A stretch of DNA of 64,000 nt from assembly GCA_965223855.1 (NCBI GenBank), contig CBDCXM010000009.1, positions 2,016,001-2,080,000 on the forward strand, written 5' to 3'. The stretch comes from Candidatus Multivoradales bacterium. GTDB taxonomy: Bacteria > Acidobacteriota > Thermoanaerobaculia > Multivoradales > JAHEKO01. The first letter of the stretch is position 1; each line of letters starts with the position of its first letter. Positions 27,012-35,542 of this stretch are shown here, piece after piece. The position numbers and the translations under genes were made by a program. A model generated the notes under the pieces. It did not search any database and was not told the origin of the DNA. It saw only the letters and a program-made list of their open reading frames with translations.

Positions 27012-30000
27012 ATGAACGAACCGACATCCACCCCGATCCCGGAGATTCCTCGGCCGCCGGACCTCGACGAGCGGACCGCAGCGCTCGTCGATGCGCTCGC
27101 CGAGCGCATCCTCGTGCTCGACGGGGCGACCGGTACCGCCCTCCAGGCGTTCGACCTCACGGCGGACGACTTCGGCGGCGACGACCTCGAAGGTTGCAAC
27201 GAGAACCTCGTCGCCACCCGCCCCGACGTCGTGGCTGCGGTCCATCGTCGCTACCTCGAGGCGGGGGCCGACATCGTCGAGACCAACACCTTCGGCGGCA
27301 CGCCGCTCGTGCTCGACGAGTACGGGCTCGGCGATCGGGCGATCGAGCTCAACCGCGAGGCGGCCCGCATCGCGCGCGAGAGCTGCGCCCGCTTCGAGGG
27401 GGACGGCCGGCTGCGCTTCGTCTGCGGTTCGATGGGGCCGACTACGAAGGCGATCTCGGTGACCGGCGGGGTGACCTTCGAAGAGCTGATCGATCACTTC
27501 AGGATTCAGGCGCTCGGTTTGATGGCCGGAGGCGTCGACTACCTGCTGCTCGAGACCTGTCAGGACACCCGCAACGTCAAGGCGGGGCTCCTGGGGATCG
27601 AGGCCGCCTTCGAAGGGGTCGGCTGGCGGGTGCCGGTCGCCGTGTCGGTCACCATCGAGCCGACCGGCACGATGCTGGCGGGGCAGGATGCCGAGGCGCT
27701 GGCGATCTCGCTGGCGCACGTCGATCTGCTCTATCTGGGGCTCAACTGCGCGACCGGGCCGGAGCTGATGGCCGAGCACCTGAGGACGCTGTCGACGCTG
27801 GCACGCACCCGGATCGCCTGCGTGCCGAACGCCGGTCTGCCGGACGAAGAGGGCGACTACAACCAGTCGGCGGACGACTTCCGCGAGGTGTTCGGCCGGT
27901 TTCTCGACGAAGGGTGGCTCAACCTCGTCGGCGGCTGTTGCGGCACGACCGAGGAGCATGTCGCGGCGCTGGCCGACCTCGTCGAGGGCCGCCGACCGAG
28001 GGTCGCCCCCCGTCATCAGCGCTCGTTCGTCTCGGGCATCGAAGCGGTGGAGTTGACCGCCGACAACCGGCCGCTGCTGGTCGGGGAGCGCACCAACGTG
28101 CTCGGTAGCCGCAAGTTCAAGAAGCTGATCGCCGGGGGCGACTGGGAGGCCGCCGCGGAGGTCGGGCGAGCCCAGGCGCGGGGCGGCGGGCAGGTGCTCG
28201 ACGTCTGCATGCAGGACCCCGATCGCGACGAGGCGGCGGACGTGAGCCGTTTTCTCGACCGTCTCGTGCGGATGGTGAAGTTGCCGCTGATGGTCGACTC
28301 GACCGATGCGGCGGTGATGGAGGATGCGCTGACCTACTGTCAGGGGAAGTCGGTCCTCAACTCGATCAACCTCGAGGATGGTCTCGCGCGTTTCGATCAG
28401 GTGGCACCGCTGGCGCGGCGCTACGGCGCGGCGGTCGTCGTAGGCCTGATCGACGAGCAGGGGATGGCGGTCGATGCCGCCCGCAAGCTGGAGGTCGCCC
28501 GGCGCAGCTACCAGCTGCTCACAGAGGACTACGGACTGCCGCCCGAGGATCTGTGGTGGGATCCGCTCGTCTTCCCGTGCGGCACCGGCGACGAGAACTA
28601 CATCGGTTCCGCCGCCGCGACGATCGAGGCGGTGCGGCGCATCAAGGAGGAGTTCCCGCTGTCGAAGACCGTGCTCGGGATCTCGAACGTCAGCTTCGGC
28701 CTGCCGGGAGCCGGGCGCGAGATTCTCAACTCGGTCTTCCTCTACCACGCGACGAGGGCGGGCCTGGATGCCGCGATCGTCAACACCGAACGCCTCGCGC
28801 GCTACGCCGAGATCGGCGACGAGGAGCGCCGTCTGTCGGAGGCGCTCCTCTTCCTCTCTCCCGGCGACGTCGAGCAGAGCGAGGCGGCGGTGGCGGCCTT
28901 CACCGAGCACTTCAGGGGGCGCAAGAGCCAGGCGGCAGGGCCGCCGATCGAGACGTTGCCGCTGGAGGACCGGCTGGCGCGCGCCGTGATCGAGGGGACG
29001 AAGGAAGGGCTGACGGACAACCTCGAGGCGGCGCTCGCCGACGACCGATGGCCCGATCCGCTGGCGATCATCAACGGGCCGCTGATGAAGGGCATGAGCG
29101 AGGTCGGCCGGTTGTTCAACGACAACCAGCTGATCGTCGCCGAGGTGCTGCAGAGCGCCGAGGTGATGAAGGCCGCGGTGAACTTCCTCGAGCCGCACAT
29201 GGAGCGCAGCAGCGGCGCCAGCCGCGGCAGGATTCTGCTCGCCACCGTCAAGGGTGACGTCCACGACATCGGCAAGAACCTTGTGGACATCATCCTCAGC
29301 AACAACGGCTTCGAGGTCGTCAACCTCGGGATCAAGGTGCCGAGCGAGCAGCTCGTGCAGGGGGTTCGCGAGCACGGGCCGGACGTGATCGGTCTGTCCG
29401 GCCTGCTGGTCAAGAGCGCCCAGCAGATGGTGTCGACCGCCGGCGACCTGGCGGCGGCCGGGATCGACATGCCGCTGATCGTCGGTGGCGCCGCTCTCAC
29501 GAGGCGCTTCACGCATCGGCGCATCGCTCCCGAGTACGGGGGGCCGTGCACCTACGCGACCGACGCGATGGACGGGCTGCGACTGGTCGAGGGGCTGACC
29601 GACGCCGACCAGCGGCCGGCGCTCGAACGCGAGATCCTGCGCCTGCAGGAGGAGGATCGCGTCGCCGAGGGGGCGAGTCGCAAAGCGGCGCGCCCCCGGA
29701 GACGGGCTGCTCCCGAGATCGACCGCACGCTGCCGGCGCCGTCCCCGCCCGATCTCGAGCGGCACGTCGAGCAGCTCGATCTCGACAGCGTCTGGGAAGA
29801 GCTCAACCCGCAGATGCTCTTCGGCAAGCACCTCGGTCTCAGGGGCTCGGTCGCTGCGCTCGCGGCCGCGGGTGACGAGCGCTACCGCAAGCTCGAAGCG
29901 CTGATCGAGGATCTCAAGGACCGTGCGCGCGGCGGTTCGCTGTCCGCGCAGGCAGTGTGGCAGTTCTTCGCGGCGACACCGGACGGTGATCGTCTCGTGC

Positions 30001-30506
30001 TGACCGACGCCTCCGGCGCGACGGTGGCGGAGTGGGTCTTCCCGCGGCAGGACGACGGCAGCGGCCTATGCCTGACCGATTTCGTTCTTCCCGAAGGCGA
30101 CCACGTCGCGCTCTTCGTGACGACGGCGGGAGAGGGGGTCCGCGAGCAGGCAGAGGCGTGGAAGCAGGAGGGGGAGTACCTGCGCAGCCATGCCTGGGCC
30201 GCCCTGGCACTCGAGACGGCGGAGGCGGCCGCCGAGTCTCTCCATCGGCGTCTGCGCGAGTTGTGGGGCTTCGGCGATGCGCCCTCCATGAGTTTGCGCG
30301 ACCGTCTCTCCGCTCGGTATCGTGGCAAGCGGTATAGCTTCGGCTATCCGGCTTGTCCCGATCTCGAGGGCCAGGTGGCGCTCTTCGAGGCGCTCGAGCC
30401 CGCGGCGATCGGGGCGCGGCTGACCGACGGATTCATGATGGATCCCGAGGCGACCGTCTCCGCCGTCGTGCTGCATCACCCCGGGGCCAGATATTTCGGT
30501 GTGTAG
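27012..30506 (+). CDS. metH: Cobalamin-dependent methionine synthase
   Basis: LDGATGT, GGCCGT, GERTN, GDVHDIGKN (B12-binding His) and RYSFGYPACPDL motifs. Confidence 0.97.
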   Translation: MNEPTSTPIPEIPRPPDLDERTAALVDALAERILVLDGATGTALQAFDLTADDFGGDDLEGCNENLVATRPDVVAAVHRRYLEAGADIVETNTFGGTPLVLDEYGLGDRAIELNREAARIARESCARFEGDGRLRFVCGSMGPTTKAISVTGGVTFEELIDHFRIQALGLMAGGVDYLLLETCQDTRNVKAGLLGIEAAFEGVGWRVPVAVSVTIEPTGTMLAGQDAEALAISLAHVDLLYLGLNCATGPELMAEHLRTLSTLARTRIACVPNAGLPDEEGDYNQSADDFREVFGRFLDEGWLNLVGGCCGTTEEHVAALADLVEGRRPRVAPRHQRSFVSGIEAVELTADNRPLLVGERTNVLGSRKFKKLIAGGDWEAAAEVGRAQARGGGQVLDVCMQDPDRDEAADVSRFLDRLVRMVKLPLMVDSTDAAVMEDALTYCQGKSVLNSINLEDGLARFDQVAPLARRYGAAVVVGLIDEQGMAVDAARKLEVARRSYQLLTEDYGLPPEDLWWDPLVFPCGTGDENYIGSAAATIEAVRRIKEEFPLSKTVLGISNVSFGLPGAGREILNSVFLYHATRAGLDAAIVNTERLARYAEIGDEERRLSEALLFLSPGDVEQSEAAVAAFTEHFRGRKSQAAGPPIETLPLEDRLARAVIEGTKEGLTDNLEAALADDRWPDPLAIINGPLMKGMSEVGRLFNDNQLIVAEVLQSAEVMKAAVNFLEPHMERSSGASRGRILLATVKGDVHDIGKNLVDIILSNNGFEVVNLGIKVPSEQLVQGVREHGPDVIGLSGLLVKSAQQMVSTAGDLAAAGIDMPLIVGGAALTRRFTHRRIAPEYGGPCTYATDAMDGLRLVEGLTDADQRPALEREILRLQEEDRVAEGASRKAARPRRRAAPEIDRTLPAPSPPDLERHVEQLDLDSVWEELNPQMLFGKHLGLRGSVAALAAAGDERYRKLEALIEDLKDRARGGSLSAQAVWQFFAATPDGDRLVLTDASGATVAEWVFPRQDDGSGLCLTDFVLPEGDHVALFVTTAGEGVREQAEAWKQEGEYLRSHAWAALALETAEAAAESLHRRLRELWGFGDAPSMSLRDRLSARYRGKRYSFGYPACPDLEGQVALFEALEPAAIGARLTDGFMMDPEATVSAVVLHHPGARYFGV

Positions 30507-30541
30507 CGCGATGTCGGGGGCAGGAGAGAGAGGAGAGAGGA

Positions 30542-30841
30542 TTGAGGGACGGGAAGTTGTGTGTGGTGGCGCGCGTGCGTGCCACCTACGATCAGACGGA
30601 GCGCGTGCGGGAGATCCTGGAGGAGCTGGTGGAGCCGACGCGTGCGGAAGCGGGTTGCCACCGGTATGACCTCTTCGTGAGCGAGGAGGATCCGGGCGAG
30701 TTCGTCTTCATCGAGGAATGGGAGGACGAGACGGCTTTGACGTCCCACTTCGCCACCACCCATTTCGAGGCGTCCGGAGCGGCGCTGACCGGCCTGCTGG
30801 CGGAACCGACGACGATTCTGCGCTACAGCAGGGTGCGCTGA
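30542..30841 (+). CDS. ABM-family protein (putative quinol monooxygenase)
   Basis: TRAEAGCHRYDL…FIEEWED…HFATTHF; TTG start after a purine-rich SD. Confidence 0.8.
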   Translation: MRDGKLCVVARVRATYDQTERVREILEELVEPTRAEAGCHRYDLFVSEEDPGEFVFIEEWEDETALTSHFATTHFEASGAALTGLLAEPTTILRYSRVR

Positions 30842-30848
30842 ACCGACC

Positions 30849-30866
30849 GGTCGCCTCGGGGCGACC
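30849..30866 (+). terminator. GC hairpin after the ABM gene
   Basis: GGTCGCC-TCGG-GGCGACC; no U-tract. Confidence 0.35.
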
Positions 30867-30902
30867 CTCCTCGTCGCAGCTGTCCTCGGATACCCTCGGC
30901 CG

Positions 30903-32012
30903 ATGACTCGAAACCGGTTGGGACTGACCTACGACCTGCTCGCGGAGTCCGAGGTCGCGGCGCGGTCGAAGGCGCGCGACCTGGTGGTCGAGCAGACGGT
31001 GGAGATCCCCGACGGGTGCTACTCGGACGAGATCGCCCGCTCGATCGTCAGCCGGATCGAAGCGCTCGAGGAAGTCGAGGAGGGGTGCTTCCGTCTGGAG
31101 GTGACGGTCTCCCCGGCGCTCGTCGGCCGTGAGATCGGCCAGCTCTTCAACGTCCTCTTCGGCAACATTTCGCTCTTCCGCGGCGTCAGGCTGCGGGCGA
31201 TCGACTGGCCGGCCGGTCTGCTGGAGCTCTTCCCGGGGCCGCGATACGGCATCGCCGGGCTGCGACGCCGGTGCGGTGTCGAGCGCCGACCGCTCCTGTG
31301 TGCCGCCATCAAGCCGGTCGGCAAGACGCCCGGGGAACTGGCCGCCGACTGCGCCGACTTCGCACTCGGCGGTGCCGATCTCATCAAGGACGACCACTCG
31401 CTGGCAAACCAGGCGAGCGCTCCGTTCGCCGAGCGAATCGCCCGCTGCCAGGCGGCGGTGGACGAGGTCAACGCTCGCACCGGAGGCAACACCCTCTATC
31501 TCCCCAATCTGCCGGGAGATCCGCGGTTTCTCGCTGAGCGTCTCGAGCGGCTCGAGGAAGCCGGCTGCGGCGGGGTGATGCTCTCGCCGCTGCTCTTCGG
31601 CATCGAGGCGACGGCCGAGCTGGTGCGCAGCGGCGAGTTCGTCGTCCTCGGGCATCCGACCTTCAGCGGAGCCTTCTTCGGCGACGCTCACGGCATCGCT
31701 CCCGAAGTGCTGTTCGGCGATCTCTACCGCCTTCTGGGGTGCGACGGGGTGATCTATGTCAACGTCGGCGGGCGCTTCGGCTGGACCCTCGAGCAGTGTC
31801 AGGCGGTCAACGAGGCGTTGCGACGGAAGCTGCCGGGGATCGAGCCCGCCTTCCCGGTGCCCGCCGGTGGTGTGCAGACCGGTGAGGTCGGCATGCACCT
31901 CGAACGCTACGGAGCCGACACCATGGTGCTGATCGGCGGCAGCCTCTACCAGCAGGGGGATCTGGCGGCGGCGACCGCTCGACTGCGCGAGGATCTCGAG
32001 GACGTCGCATGA
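30903..32012 (+). CDS. RuBisCO-like protein (form IV), probable 5-methylthioribulose-1-P isomerase type
   Basis: EQTVE, AIKPVG, GGADLIKDDH, GHPTFSG, PAGG and IGGSL motifs; about 370 aa and lacks the KDDE of true RuBisCO. Confidence 0.88.
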   Translation: MTRNRLGLTYDLLAESEVAARSKARDLVVEQTVEIPDGCYSDEIARSIVSRIEALEEVEEGCFRLEVTVSPALVGREIGQLFNVLFGNISLFRGVRLRAIDWPAGLLELFPGPRYGIAGLRRRCGVERRPLLCAAIKPVGKTPGELAADCADFALGGADLIKDDHSLANQASAPFAERIARCQAAVDEVNARTGGNTLYLPNLPGDPRFLAERLERLEEAGCGGVMLSPLLFGIEATAELVRSGEFVVLGHPTFSGAFFGDAHGIAPEVLFGDLYRLLGCDGVIYVNVGGRFGWTLEQCQAVNEALRRKLPGIEPAFPVPAGGVQTGEVGMHLERYGADTMVLIGGSLYQQGDLAAATARLREDLEDVA

Positions 32013-32431
32013 GCTCGGCGGTGCTGCGGCACGCCGGAGCCGGCTGGGAGGGGATCGAGCGGCGGCTCTACAAGACCGACGACGAGGGCCGCCATCGGGG
32101 AGTCACTCGGCAGACGCTGTGCGCTGCCGGAACCCCCGGCCTGGCGAGTGAGACGCGCTACTTCGAGATCGAGCCGGGCGGCTTCTCGAGCCGCGAGCGC
32201 CATCGACACGCTCACTTCGTGGTCGTCGTTCGCGGCAGCGGTCGAGTCGAGCTCGACGGCGAGGAGCATGCGCTGCGGCAGTTCGACGCCGTCTACGTGG
32301 CGCCGGGGAGTGTGCACCGGTTCCACGCCGATGCCGAGGCGCTGGGGTTCCTCTGCGTCGTCGACGGCGAGCGCGATCGCCCCGAGCCGGTCCCGGCCGC
32401 GAACGAGACGTCTCAGCCGTCCGACAGCTGA
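32009..32431 (+). CDS. Cupin, probable methylthio-xylulose-5-P methylsulfurylase type
   Basis: RYFEIEPGG, ERHRHAH, HRF and GFLCVVD…RDRP motifs; ATGA-coupled to the RLP. Confidence 0.8.
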   Translation: MSSAVLRHAGAGWEGIERRLYKTDDEGRHRGVTRQTLCAAGTPGLASETRYFEIEPGGFSSRERHRHAHFVVVVRGSGRVELDGEEHALRQFDAVYVAPGSVHRFHADAEALGFLCVVDGERDRPEPVPAANETSQPSDS

Positions 32432-33483
32432 AAGCGAGCCCGCACCGCTTCGTCCGCGGGGAAGGGGAGCAGCGCCAGGCGCCGGTTGCCGATCCGCAGC
32501 CACAGCCATTCGAGTTCGCGATCGCGCTCTTCGGGCTGGAGGCTCAGCAGGGTGCCCAGCTTGCGCGTTCCGTCGAGCTGCTCGACGAAGTGCTGCAGCC
32601 GGCCCGGTACGTCGCTCATCGAACGCGCGTCGCCGTGATCGAGCCACAGCGCGTACATCTGACCCAGCACGGCCATCGGCATCGCCACGGTGGCGCCGAT
32701 CGTCGCCCGGCGCTCGTCCTGGATCCGGTCGAGCATGATGTCGAGCAGCGAGAGGGTGACCGTGTCGGGGGCCGGTTCGCCCATACGGTCGATCGACAGC
32801 ACACCTTTCGAGACCAGTGCGTCGGCTTCGGCAAGGAACGGCGCATAGCCTCCTCCCGTCGCTTCATGGAGCTGCGCCAGGGACAGGTCGCGCTGAAAGA
32901 CGTCGACGATCCGTTTGCCGAGCGGTCCGAGGTCGCTTCCCGGCCACGCCCTGCCCTTCTGCAGCACCACCCCGTCGTGCGGCAGCCGTGCGCGGATCCT
33001 GTTCACTTCGTCGATCTGTCGAACGCCTTCGAGGATCAATGGCATCGGCTCGATCGGGTCGAACTGGAGGTTCGGGCGTGGCGGATTGTCCTCGAGGAGG
33101 AAGAAGACGCCGCGCGGCCACAGGAAGATGTCGATGATCGACTGGGCGGTCTGCTCCCGCAGGCAATCGGCGACCGCGCCGCGGTCGAGGATGCCCAGCT
33201 TGGCGAGCGCCTCGCCGAGCATCAGTCGACCGTCGCTCTGCTCGCATGCCGACAGTGCCGCGACCAGCTCGGCGTCCTCGACGTAACCCCCCGCGAGAAG
33301 GAAGCGACCGAAGAAGTCCCAGCTCTCGTTCGACAGACAGCCGACGATCGAGCCTTCGCGCAGCAGGATGCGCTTCTCGCGCGTGCTGCGGCGGACGGCG
33401 AGCGTACCGGTGACCTGGTCGTTGTGCGCCCACTGGAGAAGCTCCGCCGGAGGGAACGTCTCGAGCATTCCTGACATCTGCAT
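32413..33483 (-). CDS. DUF4388 (PATAN-like) domain protein
   Basis: MSGMLETFPPAELLQW…TGTL…G…FGRFL…IFLWPRGVF…LEGVRQIDE. Confidence 0.8.
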   Translation of the reverse strand: MQMSGMLETFPPAELLQWAHNDQVTGTLAVRRSTREKRILLREGSIVGCLSNESWDFFGRFLLAGGYVEDAELVAALSACEQSDGRLMLGEALAKLGILDRGAVADCLREQTAQSIIDIFLWPRGVFFLLEDNPPRPNLQFDPIEPMPLILEGVRQIDEVNRIRARLPHDGVVLQKGRAWPGSDLGPLGKRIVDVFQRDLSLAQLHEATGGGYAPFLAEADALVSKGVLSIDRMGEPAPDTVTLSLLDIMLDRIQDERRATIGATVAMPMAVLGQMYALWLDHGDARSMSDVPGRLQHFVEQLDGTRKLGTLLSLQPEERDRELEWLWLRIGNRRLALLPFPADEAVRARFQLSDG

Positions 33484-33518
33484 GGTGGGATCCCGACCCG
33501 CACGGACCGTGCGAGGCG

Positions 33519-35447
33519 TTAGCTTACTGTCTCGTCGGCGGACTCGGCGAGCCGCTCCTCCAGATCTGCCCAGGTGCTCATGAGCTCCTCGATCTCTTCC
33601 TTGAGCCGTTTCTGCTCCTGCTCCAGCTTGTTGACCTGCTTGCGCGGCGTCGTGTCGAAGTAGGTGGGGTCGCAGAAAATCTCGTTGATCTCGTGGACCC
33701 GCGTTTCGGCGGCCTCGATCGCCTCGGTCGCTGCGTCGCGCTCGGCGCGCAGCCGGGTTAGATGGTTGCGGCCGCCCTCGCCGCCGCGCTTCGACGACTT
33801 GCGGGCGCGCTTCTGCTTGCGCGCCTTGCGCAACACCACCTCGGCATCGAGATGGTCGTCGCCGCACCGCTCGACGTACTCGTCGTAACTGCCGACGAAG
33901 TTCTCGATGCCGTCGTGCCGGATCTCGACGATCCGCGAGGCGAGTTGCGACACGAACCAGCGGTCGTGCGACACCAGCAGCAGGGTGCCGTCGTACTCCG
34001 AGAGGGCCGAGACGAGGGCCTCGATCGCCTCGAGGTCGAGGTGGTTGGTCGGTTCGTCGAGCACCAGCACATTCGGTTGCTCGATGCCGAGGCGGGCGAA
34101 GATCAGCCGCGCCGCCTCGCCGCCCGACAGCGCCTGGACCTTCTTCTCGACCTCCTCCTTCGAGAAGAGCACCTGGCCGAGGCGGTTGCGGACGTAGCCG
34201 ACACTCTCCCCCGGGCAACTGTCCCAGAGCCACGCTTCGACCGTCTGATTGGAGCCTTCCAGCAGCTCGCGGTGATCCTGGGCGAAGTAGCCGGGATAGG
34301 TCTCGTGGCCCCACTCGACGCTTCCTGAGTCCGCATCGAGCTTGTCGACGAGAATCTTGAGCAGCGTCGACTTGCCGATCCCGTTCGGTCCGATGATGGC
34401 AATGCGGTCGCCGCGCTGCACCGTCAGGTCGACGGCGTCGAGCACCCGGTTCTCTCCGTAGGCCTTGGAGAGTTCTTCGACCTCGAGCACCGTCTTGCCG
34501 CTCGGCCGTCGCTGTTCGAAGCGGAAGCGCGGATAGCGGCGAGAGCTTTGGGCCAGTGGCTCGAGGGCGTCGGCCTTCTTCTCGATCAGGCGCAGCTTGC
34601 TCTGTGCCTGTCGCGCCTTGGTCGCCTTCGCGCGGAAGCGCTCGACGAACGCCTCGTGGTGGGCGATCTCGCGCTCCTGCTTGGCGATCTCCTTCTCCTT
34701 GCGCTCGCGGTCCTCGGCCTTGGCGGCGGTGAAGGAGGAGTAGTCGCCGGTGTAGAGCGACACGGTTTCGTAGTCGACGTCGAGGATGTGGGTGCAGACG
34801 TTGTCGAGGAAGCGATGGTCGTGCGAGATCACCACCACCAGGCCCGAGAACTCCTGCAGGAAGATCTCGAGCCAGCGGATCGACAGGATGTCGAGGTGGT
34901 TGGTCGGCTCATCGAGGAGCAGCGCGTCCGGCCGCGAGGCGAGCGCCTGAGCGAGCAGCACCCGCAGCTTGAAACCACCCGAGAGTGCCGACATCGGCTC
35001 GCGGTGGCGGGCTGTCTCGATGCCGAGCCCCTCGAGGATCTCGCCGGCACGCGCTTCCGCCGAGTAGCCGTCGTTGGTAAGGATCAGCTCCTCGACGACG
35101 GCGTAGCGGTCGGCGTCGAACTCCTCGCCTGCGCGTGCGAGGATCGCCTCTTTCTCCACCATCGCGTCCCACAGCTCCGGATGGCCCTGCAGTACGACGT
35201 CGAGGATCGGCGTCTCCTCGTACTGGAAGTGATCCTGGCCCAGCACACCGATCCGCAGCCGCTTGGGGATCGCGACCGTCCCTTCGCTGGCCGGCTCTTC
35301 ACCGGTCAGCACCCTCAGCAGGGTCGATTTGCCGGAGCCGTTGGCCCCCACCAGGCCGTAGCGCTGGCCGGGATTCAGCTGGAAGGCGACGTCACGGAAA
35401 AGCGTCTGCGGTCCGAACGACTTGGACAGGCCGGAAACCGCGATCAT
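33519..35447 (-). CDS. ABC-F family ATP-binding protein with Uup-like C-terminal coiled coil
   Basis: Two ABC domains (GANGSGKST, GPNGIGKST, LSGG, LDEPTNHLD) and no TM segments. Confidence 0.93.
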   Translation of the reverse strand: MIAVSGLSKSFGPQTLFRDVAFQLNPGQRYGLVGANGSGKSTLLRVLTGEEPASEGTVAIPKRLRIGVLGQDHFQYEETPILDVVLQGHPELWDAMVEKEAILARAGEEFDADRYAVVEELILTNDGYSAEARAGEILEGLGIETARHREPMSALSGGFKLRVLLAQALASRPDALLLDEPTNHLDILSIRWLEIFLQEFSGLVVVISHDHRFLDNVCTHILDVDYETVSLYTGDYSSFTAAKAEDRERKEKEIAKQEREIAHHEAFVERFRAKATKARQAQSKLRLIEKKADALEPLAQSSRRYPRFRFEQRRPSGKTVLEVEELSKAYGENRVLDAVDLTVQRGDRIAIIGPNGIGKSTLLKILVDKLDADSGSVEWGHETYPGYFAQDHRELLEGSNQTVEAWLWDSCPGESVGYVRNRLGQVLFSKEEVEKKVQALSGGEAARLIFARLGIEQPNVLVLDEPTNHLDLEAIEALVSALSEYDGTLLLVSHDRWFVSQLASRIVEIRHDGIENFVGSYDEYVERCGDDHLDAEVVLRKARKQKRARKSSKRGGEGGRNHLTRLRAERDAATEAIEAAETRVHEINEIFCDPTYFDTTPRKQVNKLEQEQKRLKEEIEELMSTWADLEERLAESADETVS

Positions 35448-35542
35448 CGGCCGGTCAAGATAGCACGTCCGTGCTGCTGGCTCGCTTGTTGCACAGGGCT
35501 GTAGGGTGAGGCTGTCCGGCGGGCGTCCGCCGGCCGATCCGA

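Noticed and set aside
26676-29831. 1516-aa minus-strand ORF extending the kinase
   Set aside because: The upstream ~1050 aa are the antisense shadow of metH and cross the riboswitch. Only the kinase part has protein motifs and its own promoter and SD.
30903-32012. CO2-fixing RuBisCO
   Set aside because: Too short, has KDDH rather than KDDE, and no small subunit or phosphoribulokinase gene is nearby.
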